Shown: positions 1 to 6,685 of the stretch, piece after piece
Layout of the letters: every line of letters starts with the position of its first letter
How positions within the stretch are numbered: position 1 is the stretch's first letter
Virus record (IMG/VR): IMGVR_UViG_3300032323_001214
Coordinates: 1-64,000 of that record
DNA: 64,000 bases
Direction: 5' to 3' (one strand)
Translations under genes and position numbers: made by a program
The notes under the pieces: model-generated
The model's input: the letters and a program-made list of their open reading frames with translations, nothing else
The model's database searches: none
Told to the model about the DNA's origin: nothing

Positions 1-9
1 ACCCCCATA

Positions 10-84
10 TGGTCCACAGCCCCAGAATCGAACTGGGCTCTCTCGGCTTAAGAGGCCGGACTTCGCCAGCAAAGTTTGCTGTGG
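10..84 (-). tRNA. tRNA-Lys(CTT), atypical (A8, short D/anticodon junction)
   Basis: Minus strand CCACAGC/GCTGTGG acceptor, CGGC-CTCTTAA-GCCG anticodon arm, CCCAG-TTCGATT-CTGGG T arm, encoded ACCA end. Confidence 0.85.
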
Positions 85-145
85 ATGGATCGTAACTATT
101 GTCTTTTACGTGCCATCCAGGACCATACGGGGGTCTAGGATGACA

Positions 146-169
146 CTATCGTTTACCTGAACGTTTCAT
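146..169 (-). CDS. putative mini leader peptide MKRSGKR
   Basis: Strong SD AAAGGAGA 5 nt before ATG; own sigma70 promoter just upstream; TAG abuts a hairpin. Confidence 0.55.
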   Translation of the reverse strand: MKRSGKR

Positions 170-192
170 GTCGTTCTCCTTTAAAAAAATGT

Positions 193-221
193 ATTGTATC
201 AGACAAGTTAATTATTGTCAA
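193..221 (-). promoter_or_regulatory. sigma70-type promoter inside the tRNA array
   Basis: TTGACA (221-216), 17 nt spacer, TACAAT (198-193). Confidence 0.8.
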
Positions 222-224
222 ATT

Positions 225-299
225 TGGCGCCTCCTGATGGAATCGAACCACCATCCCGACGTTCGTAGCATCGTATCCTATCCATTGAACGAAGGAGGC
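225..299 (-). tRNA. tRNA-Arg(ACG)
   Basis: GCCTCCT/AGGAGGC acceptor, CGATG-CTACGAA-CGTCG anticodon arm, TTCGATT T loop, CCA. Confidence 0.93.
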
Positions 300-308
300 A
301 TAAATTGT

Positions 309-383
309 TGGTACTCAGTACGGGAATCGAACCCGTCTTTACAACTTGAAAGGCTGTCGTCCTAACCGATAGACGAACTGAGT
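309..383 (-). tRNA. tRNA-Glu(TTC)
   Basis: ACTCAGT/ACTGAGT acceptor, ACAGC-CTTTCAA-GTTGT anticodon arm, TTCGATT, CCA. Confidence 0.93.
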
Positions 384-387
384 ATAA

Positions 388-445
388 CAGGATGCGTTTT
401 GTTTTCACCATAAGAAAAGTTTTTAACTTTGCTGTTAGCATCCTA
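388..445 (-). ncRNA. small structured RNA, skipping-rope-like (closing stem plus ACAGCAA)
   Basis: AGGATGC...GCATCCT stem; ACAGCAA immediately 3' of the 5' arm; internal TTTTC-TTATGGT-GAAAA hairpin; family assignment from memory, not searched. Confidence 0.45.
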
Positions 446-449
446 AATC

Positions 450-524
450 TGGTGGAGACCGAGGGAGTTGAACCCTTCTAGTCATGATCCTTGCAAGGGA
501 TCACCGTAGCCCGCTACTGCCCCC
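450..524 (-). tRNA. tRNA-Ala(TGC), non-canonical D arm
   Basis: GGGGGC/GTCTCC acceptor with G3:U70, discriminator A and CCA; TGATCC-CTTGCAA-GGATCA anticodon arm; D arm reduced to GTAG-CGGG-CTAC. Confidence 0.75.
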
Positions 525-531
525 GTATTGT

Positions 532-607
532 TGGTCTCCGTACTAGGATTCGAACCTAGACCACTCGGCCCCAAACCGAGTACGCTGCCTGATAACGCTT
601 TACAGAG
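532..607 (-). tRNA. tRNA-Pro(TGG)
   Basis: CTCTGTA/TACGGAG acceptor, CTCGG-TTTGGGG-CCGAG anticodon arm, TTCGAAT, CCA. Confidence 0.92.
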
Positions 608-615
608 ATTAAGAT

Positions 616-692
616 TGGCGTCCACCGTCGGTATCACACCGCACTCCAAGTTAGCTGGTTAAGCTAACCTACAGATCTCCTGTTGAGTGGAC
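616..692 (-). ncRNA. tRNA-like RNA with CCA end, degenerate T arm, apparent AAC anticodon
   Basis: GTCCACT/GGTGGAC+GCCA acceptor, ACAG-GAGAT-CTGT arm, GTTAGC-TTAACCA-GCTAAC arm, CGGT-GTGAT-ACCG in place of the TTC loop. Confidence 0.6.
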
Positions 693-749
693 TGACTTAT
701 ACTTTGATCGTTGCCACCACAGCATTGACTACTCATATAAGCACTAACT

Positions 750-827
750 TGGCAGAGGTAACTGGATTCGAACCAGTGATCACGATTTCAAAGACCGTTG
801 CTTTAGGCCAAACTAAGCTATACCCCA
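750..827 (-). tRNA. tRNA-Gln(TTG)
   Basis: ACGGT-CTTTGAA-ATCGT anticodon arm, ACTGG-TTCGAAT-CCAGT T arm, weak 1:72 pair, CCA. Confidence 0.93.
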
Positions 828-836
828 ACAAATACT

Positions 837-911
837 TGGCGATGCGTGGGAGAATCGAACTCCCGTCTTCGGATAGACAATCCGAGATAATGACCATTAT
901 ATGAACGCACC
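837..911 (-). tRNA. tRNA-Asp(GTC)
   Basis: GGTGCGT/ACGCATC acceptor, TCGGA-TTGTCTA-TCCGA anticodon arm, TTCGATT, GCCA. Confidence 0.92.
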
Positions 912-917
912 TAATAC

Positions 918-995
918 TGGCTCCGTGATCTGGGATCGAACCAGACTCATTTCTGATTAACAGTCAGACGCCTACACCTTGCTTGCTCTCACGGA
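918..995 (-). tRNA. tRNA-Asn(GTT)
   Basis: TCCGTGA/TCACGGA acceptor, TCTGA-CTGTTAA-TCAGA anticodon arm, TTCGATC, GCCA. Confidence 0.92.
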
Positions 996-1056
996 ATAAA
1001 AAATATGTCACTACAGTATATCCGTCAGAGGGATATATACTGTTCATCTGTAGTAA

Positions 1057-1123
1057 GCATTCTAAAACATACTTCGGGGATTTCACTTAACGCCTCCCTA
1101 ACTCAAAGTATGTTTTAGAATGC
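1057..1123. repeat. 18-bp perfect inverted repeat (long RNA stem)
   Basis: GCATTCTAAAACATACTT (1057-1074) and AAGTATGTTTTAGAATGC (1106-1123). Confidence 0.9.
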
Positions 1124-1266
1124 CGTGTATTGCTACACGACATGATAGGGTTGATACCCTACCCAGTAGTCTTACTAATGTGTTATCGCCACACGTTCAT
1201 GTATACTGTCCGCCCATTCGATACATTTTACGCTGTATTCCGGCTCTCGTTGCCTATTCACGTTTC
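1124..1266 (-). ncRNA. multi-stem structured ncRNA of unknown family
   Basis: ACATGA/TCATGT closes a junction of three hairpins; flanking CGTGTA-GCAA-TACACG GNRA hairpin; no credible ORF. Confidence 0.5.
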
Positions 1267-1411
1267 TATCAATCCTCAAGTAAATATTTGTCTTTTACTC
1301 TTAGTTGATAGATTCTAGCACGGTCGATTTTATTTTGTATCAACTGTGCTACTTGCTCCTTAGTCAAAACATGATTGCTAAACCAATCTTGCTTTGTTTC
1401 AGAAGTCGTGT

Positions 1412-1440
1412 ATTCTATCTGTTTATCCATTTATTGTCAA
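1412..1440 (-). promoter_or_regulatory. sigma70-type promoter at the head of the RNA array
   Basis: TTGACA, 17 nt spacer, TAGAAT. Confidence 0.75.
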
Positions 1441-1467
1441 ATTTCCTTTTGTTGTTTTTTAACAACA

Positions 1468-1508
1468 CAAACAAAAACCCCTGAGACTTTTTAGTTTCCC
1501 AGGGGTTT
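1468..1508 (-). terminator. intrinsic terminator (attenuator) upstream of the tRNA array
   Basis: AAACCCCTG...CAGGGGTTT stem followed by TTGTTTG. Confidence 0.8.
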
Positions 1509-1531
1509 CATAAACTTGTTAGAGTGTTACT

Positions 1532-1705
1532 TTAAGCGTAACCTGCTCCTTCTATGAAACTCCCCGGAATTCTCGCATCATAATTAAACTCTGATCCGCG
1601 AATACTCGGTGTAGACATATTACCCACAAAGGCTAATACTGGTGTCAAAGAGGCTATCTGCCACTGACCCGTATGTTTTAGCGTTTGACAAGTAATGTTT
1701 TTCAT
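1532..1705 (-). CDS. putative 57-aa attenuator leader peptide
   Basis: Open frame MKNITCQTLKHTGQWQIASLTPVLAFVGNMSTPSIRGSEFNYDARIPGSFIEGAGYA; CTAAATA motif just upstream; codons 47-52 complementary to the terminator 5' arm. Confidence 0.65.
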   Translation of the reverse strand: MKNITCQTLKHTGQWQIASLTPVLAFVGNMSTPSIRGSEFNYDARIPGSFIEGAGYA

Positions 1706-1782
1706 AGTATGTTTATTTAGTCCTGGTTAAAAAATTTGTCTTTTAAAGGCGTTTTTATGTGCCTTTTCTCAATTCATACTGA

Positions 1783-1811
1783 AGTATAACAGATAACTGA
1801 ATTAGTGTCAA
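1783..1811 (-). promoter_or_regulatory. sigma70-type promoter
   Basis: TTGACA, 17 nt spacer, TATACT with upstream TG. Confidence 0.8.
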
Positions 1812-1882
1812 CACTTTTTTTCAACTATCTGCCCAAACTTCAAAAATTCTTTTTGCTCTGATTTCTCAGAACATGAGTGCAT

Positions 1883-1911
1883 AGTATAACACCACATGCA
1901 TTTAATGTCAA
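1883..1911 (-). promoter_or_regulatory. sigma70-type promoter, 100 bp upstream of the previous one
   Basis: TTGACA, 17 nt spacer, TATACT with upstream TG. Confidence 0.8.
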
Positions 1912-2549
1912 ACTTGTGGTTTCCCTAAAAAGTTTTCACGTGTATAGCAGATATCTGAATACTTTTGTATACTAGATTCTAATAAATCGGATAACTTTTT
2001 TTCATCAGTAATCTTGCCTCTGATAACTCCTAGAATTTTAAAATTATCTGGATCAAAGCTTGCGCCATGCGAACAAGACTGATTGTTAAAGCAGAAGGTA
2101 TTAGTTGTCTCCGGTAGTGTAATGTAACGCTTTTTGTCTCCGTAGTCAATAAAAAAGGACTTCTTATCTTGTGCTATCACAAAGCGGAATCTAAAGTCTA
2201 GCCTCGTATCATACATTAGTTTGTCTTGATGAGGCGGAACATATTGAATATTTGACCACAAACTAATTGACTCTACTTCTAATGGGAGGTAGGAATTCAG
2301 TATCTCAACATCATCCTTTAAAAAGTCTGACATATCAATAAATGTACCCACATGCATCAACATTTCGGGTGTAAAAGTAGGTCCTTTATAACATGTTAGT
2401 CCTTTCCAAAACACCGGAAGATTTGGGTCGGTTGGTTTTGATATATTGCTAGCATGTTCTTTGTACAGTTCAACGATACTGTCACGGTTCTTTAATGGTA
2501 AATTTGGAATGTTTAAAGGTGAGTACAAAACATTATCAAAGTTTATCAT
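1908..2549 (-). CDS. putative Fe(II)-dependent cupin/DSBH oxygenase
   Basis: PPHQD (HxD) and distal FCFNNQSCSHGA His. Confidence 0.55.
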   Translation of the reverse strand: MINFDNVLYSPLNIPNLPLKNRDSIVELYKEHASNISKPTDPNLPVFWKGLTCYKGPTFTPEMLMHVGTFIDMSDFLKDDVEILNSYLPLEVESISLWSNIQYVPPHQDKLMYDTRLDFRFRFVIAQDKKSFFIDYGDKKRYITLPETTNTFCFNNQSCSHGASFDPDNFKILGVIRGKITDEKKLSDLLESSIQKYSDICYTRENFLGKPQV

Positions 2550-2793
2550 GGCTATATCTTTCTTTTACAGACTCTTTGAACGAATTTACAAATGCATGAA
2601 TGATGGGTGCAAATCTTTTGTTTTGTTCAAGACTTACTTCTTCGCATAAATTCATACAATCATCTAATAATAGTTGAGCAAACGCTTCTATTTCTGTTTC
2701 TCTATTTACTAGTTCTGTGCTCAGGTCATTGACTACAGACCAGCTGGTGCTTGACATTGCTTGATCGGCTAATTTTTTTAAAGTATCGTTCAT
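2536..2793 (-). CDS. hypothetical protein
   Basis: 85-aa ORF tightly packed in the operon. Confidence 0.6.
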   Translation of the reverse strand: MNDTLKKLADQAMSSTSWSVVNDLSTELVNRETEIEAFAQLLLDDCMNLCEEVSLEQNKRFAPIIHAFVNSFKESVKERYSHDKL

Positions 2794-3393
2794 TTATCTA
2801 TCTATAATTATGTTTTGTGTTTTAAGGTGCTCTACTGCTTCATCCCATGTTAAATCATGTATACTTGTTCTTGCACTTATACACCATCTGGATTCATTGC
2901 CAACTGATAGAGAGTGCGGATAATCTGTTCTTACTAAAGTAGGTTCATTTGGCATTATTGAACATCTATCTATTTCTACCAAGTCTTTTATAGGCCAACT
3001 TAAAATTTTATTATTTCCAGGGACTAATTTAATATTTTTCTCACCCGGCGGAAGATCATACCATATCATCTCGCTTCCTGCACCCCCGAAGACCAAGTTA
3101 AAACCAAAATGTGTGCTTTGCGTAGGTGCCCCGACTTCACTGACCAAATCTACATGTGCTTCAGTGTCTACTAAATTAGCCTCTCTATAAAATACAACTG
3201 ATCTATTTATGGGTAATGCAACATCATTCATATATTTTACCCAATCAGTCTCAAAAATTTTATCTGCTTTAAATGACCATACCCCAACGTATCCGGAAAA
3301 TTGTCGGGGGTCAGGAAATTGCCAATCTTTTGATATTGCATTTTCTATATTTAAATTTAGTCTATACCAGCATTTTCTCATATTATTCCCCAT
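2794..3393 (-). CDS. putative Fe(II)/2OG-type DSBH oxygenase
   Basis: EAHVD...TLVRTDYPHS...RWCISAR pattern. Confidence 0.65.
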   Translation of the reverse strand: MGNNMRKCWYRLNLNIENAISKDWQFPDPRQFSGYVGVWSFKADKIFETDWVKYMNDVALPINRSVVFYREANLVDTEAHVDLVSEVGAPTQSTHFGFNLVFGGAGSEMIWYDLPPGEKNIKLVPGNNKILSWPIKDLVEIDRCSIMPNEPTLVRTDYPHSLSVGNESRWCISARTSIHDLTWDEAVEHLKTQNIIIDR

Positions 3394-4333
3394 ATGAAAA
3401 TGATTTTTTAGAAAAATGATCTATGTTTTTAATTAATCTATTAACAACTGTATACTTTGTATGTTCGTGTAATTTTAAATTAATTTGATTAATTTCTTCA
3501 GTTCTATATTTTTCGTGGCCTGTAAATTTATCACGTTTGGTCATTTTATAAAAATGGAACACTTTGTACTTTAATATAGGGCTATTAAAATTCCAAAAGC
3601 CAAGTTCATTGTATTCTTTATTTGGATCAATGTTTTTAGTAAAATCATTAACATAGTTAATATATAGGTTTCCTGTTTCCCTAAAGAAATTAGAGCAACC
3701 ATCCATATTATTCATTGCTAAAAACTTATTCCATGAATTTTGAAACTCATAGTCTGCATGATAGACTATCCCGTTATATCTATAAATTTGTGGATCACCG
3801 TGGCCAATTATTGGATAGTAATTTTTATCATACATCATTTCCATCAATCGTGTAATCTGTGACATAGTAACATAACTTAAATTATGTTTCACACAATAAT
3901 CAAAACACTCTTGTGAACGATACCATTTAATAGTTTCTAAATTAATAATCTCTATGTTTAAATTATGCGTGTTAACAAAGTCATCAACAAATACAGTATC
4001 ACATTTGTTCTGATCTACATCATATACTGCATGTATGCAATGAAAATCTTCACCTGATTTGTAACCCAATTCTAAAAACGCATTTAGAATAATTTCACTG
4101 TCAATACCACCTGAATAAAATATACAAGGTGTTCTATTAACTAGTTTTGCCTTATTGACTAGTTGATTAACTGTTTCTAATAACCCTTCATGTATTCCTA
4201 CTGTAGGTACTTTGTAGTCGTAATGTACACAAAATTTATCATCTACACTTTTACGTGTAAAAATGTTCTTGTCATCATTATAGAAACATTGATAAAATTT
4301 ATGCATCACATAACCTATAAATTTCTTGTTCAT
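3383..4333 (-). CDS. PP-loop ATP pyrophosphatase (asparagine synthetase-like superfamily)
   Basis: IFYSGGIDSE motif; paralog of 8238..9158. Confidence 0.7.
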   Translation of the reverse strand: MNKKFIGYVMHKFYQCFYNDDKNIFTRKSVDDKFCVHYDYKVPTVGIHEGLLETVNQLVNKAKLVNRTPCIFYSGGIDSEIILNAFLELGYKSGEDFHCIHAVYDVDQNKCDTVFVDDFVNTHNLNIEIINLETIKWYRSQECFDYCVKHNLSYVTMSQITRLMEMMYDKNYYPIIGHGDPQIYRYNGIVYHADYEFQNSWNKFLAMNNMDGCSNFFRETGNLYINYVNDFTKNIDPNKEYNELGFWNFNSPILKYKVFHFYKMTKRDKFTGHEKYRTEEINQINLKLHEHTKYTVVNRLIKNIDHFSKKSFSYGE

Positions 4334-5432
4334 CTCTACGTAGTTGTTCTTGGTCAGTATTGATTAGAATAACTTCCCCTGGGATAGATGCTAGTGTTTT
4401 CGTGTTGACAGGCAACGTTTCAAAGAATGAATAGTGTTGGAACAACATACTGAATGATGGTAATTTGCTAAACTCCTGCCATGGAAACTCAGAAAATTTT
4501 CTTTCCCTATGGTTGAATAAATTAATTCGTTCCATATTTGCTTTTTTATTATATATCGGTGTCAAATCATCAAACTTTGATTCATTTCTTAAAAAAGCAT
4601 CGACTGTTAATTGTATTTGAGGTTGTGTTAATATTTTAAATGATGATGCGTAATCCAAATGACCATGCGTTCTGAAGTTAGCTTCAATTAATTTGAGTGC
4701 TCCATCCCCTATCATAATTTCAGTATGACATGCTCCGGTGACGTAATTTACTTTGTCTAACATATTACAAGTATATTCATATAAACGTTTAATTAATTCT
4801 TCATTTCCAACATAGTCTAGTAATATAGTTTTTTCTCTCCAAAATCCATTAGCTTTAGCATAAGTCCAGACAGAAACTAACTTATGTTTACCATTCATTG
4901 ACACTGTATCAACTACATACTCATTGCCTTTTATATATGGCATTATGAACATATCCGTTGTATCTACATCATCCATTGATTCTACTACGCTAATTCTGTC
5001 ATAACCACCGTGACTGATTTTAGGTTTAACTACACACTTTTTATATCGATTTAAAAACTCATCAAAGTTTGTATCAGATGCAGGTTCTCCTATAGCACAT
5101 AGTACGTCATATCTATTTGTTATTATTTTGTTATTGACACCGAGACCTAATAGTTCGTTCAAATGATTACTCAATACTTGTCCATTATCTGATCCGGGAA
5201 AACAGCATATGATATCATCTTTATACTTTGCTAAATCAGCAAGGATTTGATTGTCTGAATCGTAAATCAGACATGTCTCATATATGGTATTGTTTAGGGA
5301 TTTATAGAGTTTTTGAAATACGTGTTTGGATGAGTATATATTAATTACACGATACCCGCGATTAACAAACTCGTATGCCAGACTGTTTCCAGCAAGTACT
5401 ACGTCAATTATCAATGCATATTGTGTTTTCAT
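4299..5432 (-). CDS. ATP-grasp ligase
   Basis: VVKP..SHGG, EYVVDTVS, HTE...LIEANFR motifs. Confidence 0.85.
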   Translation of the reverse strand: MKTQYALIIDVVLAGNSLAYEFVNRGYRVINIYSSKHVFQKLYKSLNNTIYETCLIYDSDNQILADLAKYKDDIICCFPGSDNGQVLSNHLNELLGLGVNNKIITNRYDVLCAIGEPASDTNFDEFLNRYKKCVVKPKISHGGYDRISVVESMDDVDTTDMFIMPYIKGNEYVVDTVSMNGKHKLVSVWTYAKANGFWREKTILLDYVGNEELIKRLYEYTCNMLDKVNYVTGACHTEIMIGDGALKLIEANFRTHGHLDYASSFKILTQPQIQLTVDAFLRNESKFDDLTPIYNKKANMERINLFNHRERKFSEFPWQEFSKLPSFSMLFQHYSFFETLPVNTKTLASIPGEVILINTDQEQLRRDEQEIYRLCDA

Positions 5433-5438
5433 AGCAAC

Positions 5439-5446
5439 TATTTATA
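5439..5446 (-). promoter_or_regulatory. T4-type late promoter
   Basis: TATAAATA 6 nt before the ATP-grasp ATG. Confidence 0.65.
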
Positions 5447-5468
5447 GAAATAATTGCATGAAAAAAAA

Positions 5469-5879
5469 TTATGAGAATAGCTGATTTGCAGTAACGTAGT
5501 CTGTTTCATTTATAATGTCAATAGTTTCTTGTTCGACTACAGTTAAGATAATACCAGTAGCGTCTAAAAATTTAGCTCTGGCCTTTAAAAAAGTGGTATG
5601 TGCTGGTGAGGTATTCCAAGCGTCAAACCTATCTTTGTCAGCATAATATGTTAAGGTAATTTTATCTAAACTATTTGCATCTTCTACCCAAACATAATTA
5701 GTTACACAGTTTAAACTCTCTATTTCAGGTCTTGCCTCAATAACAGCTATTGCATATTCCGTTTCTGCATCAGTTGTCTCTGGTAATGACAAATAATCCA
5801 TTGGTTTTCTATAGGTTACCTCACCGTTTGCTGTCCATTTACACGCTACTAAATACATAAATAACTCCTTATTATACAA
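5469..5879 (-). CDS. hypothetical protein, possible ABM-type monooxygenase fold
   Basis: FDAWNTSPAH resembles the WxxSxxH motif of ABM/IsdG proteins; TTG start. Confidence 0.4.
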   Translation of the reverse strand: MYNKELFMYLVACKWTANGEVTYRKPMDYLSLPETTDAETEYAIAVIEARPEIESLNCVTNYVWVEDANSLDKITLTYYADKDRFDAWNTSPAHTTFLKARAKFLDATGIILTVVEQETIDIINETDYVTANQLFS

Positions 5880-5892
5880 GAGTATTTATCTT

Positions 5893-6681
5893 TTATTCAG
5901 CATCTTTAAATACTCTTATGAACCATCCTGAAGGATCAATTTCCCACCATTTGATCCCAAAATCATAATTACCAGGACGACCATGATGATTATTATGCCA
6001 ACATTCACCTAGTACGAGTGGCCATAACCATATGACATTTTTACTGTTATCTCGGGTCACAAAGTTAGTATATCCGTAATTTGAATGATTTAGGCAATTT
6101 GTTAGATTGTACGTAATCAGCGTGACCAATGCAGGAAGTATGCTAAAAAATAACAAGAATTCAATACTTATTAATCCAAATATAATGTTTGATGTTAGCC
6201 AAATTTTAGTATAATGAGTACTAAACCACATTATGTCTTTATTACGCATCGTGTCAACAGCATATCTAAAACTAATAGCATCCGATTTAATCCTAAACAT
6301 CCACAAAAATATGCTATGCCAAAATCCGTGAATAGGGCTGTGAGGATCTGTTATTGTATCTGGCTTTCTATGATGGTATCCCCTATGTAGTGCTACCCAC
6401 CAAATAGGACTTCCCTGCCCACTAAGTGTTGAAGCATATAACATTAAAATCTCTTTCCACCTAGCTGCCTTAAAAGATTTATGACTAAAATATCGATGTA
6501 GCCCTGCAGTTACTCCGATGATGTTAATAAAGAAGTAACCCAAACATACCAACAATAACTTATACCAAGTAAATTCAATTATCAACGATCCAGCTGCTAT
6601 AGATCCTAATATTATAATAGGCAACGTAATTATAAGAAGACTAGGATTTTCTTTAAGATTTTTAAGAATAGGGTTGAACAT
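5893..6681 (-). CDS. membrane fatty acid desaturase-like protein (delta-9 family)
   Basis: His boxes HRYFSH, HRGYHH, HNNHH; DPHSP; transmembrane segments. Confidence 0.9.
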   Translation of the reverse strand: MFNPILKNLKENPSLLIITLPIIILGSIAAGSLIIEFTWYKLLLVCLGYFFINIIGVTAGLHRYFSHKSFKAARWKEILMLYASTLSGQGSPIWWVALHRGYHHRKPDTITDPHSPIHGFWHSIFLWMFRIKSDAISFRYAVDTMRNKDIMWFSTHYTKIWLTSNIIFGLISIEFLLFFSILPALVTLITYNLTNCLNHSNYGYTNFVTRDNSKNVIWLWPLVLGECWHNNHHGRPGNYDFGIKWWEIDPSGWFIRVFKDAE

Positions 6682-6685
6682 TACA

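Noticed and set aside
1-169. Amber read-through of the MKRSGKR TAG via a PYLIS/SECIS-like hairpin (the frame stays open to the window edge)
   Set aside because: The extension would run through a tRNA, no suppressor tRNA is present in the window, and the alternative-pairing model explains the hairpin better.
168-1318. ORF-track ORFs at 168..365, 208..441, 683..904, 1120..1308 and 1130..1318
   Set aside because: They overlap tRNAs or structured RNAs, lack RBSs and have no protein-like features.
1269-1430. 53-codon minus-strand ORF (MDKQIEY...)
   Set aside because: Its ATG lies inside the spacer of the 1412-1440 promoter and I recognise no motif. It could only be made from read-through transcripts, so it is left uncalled.
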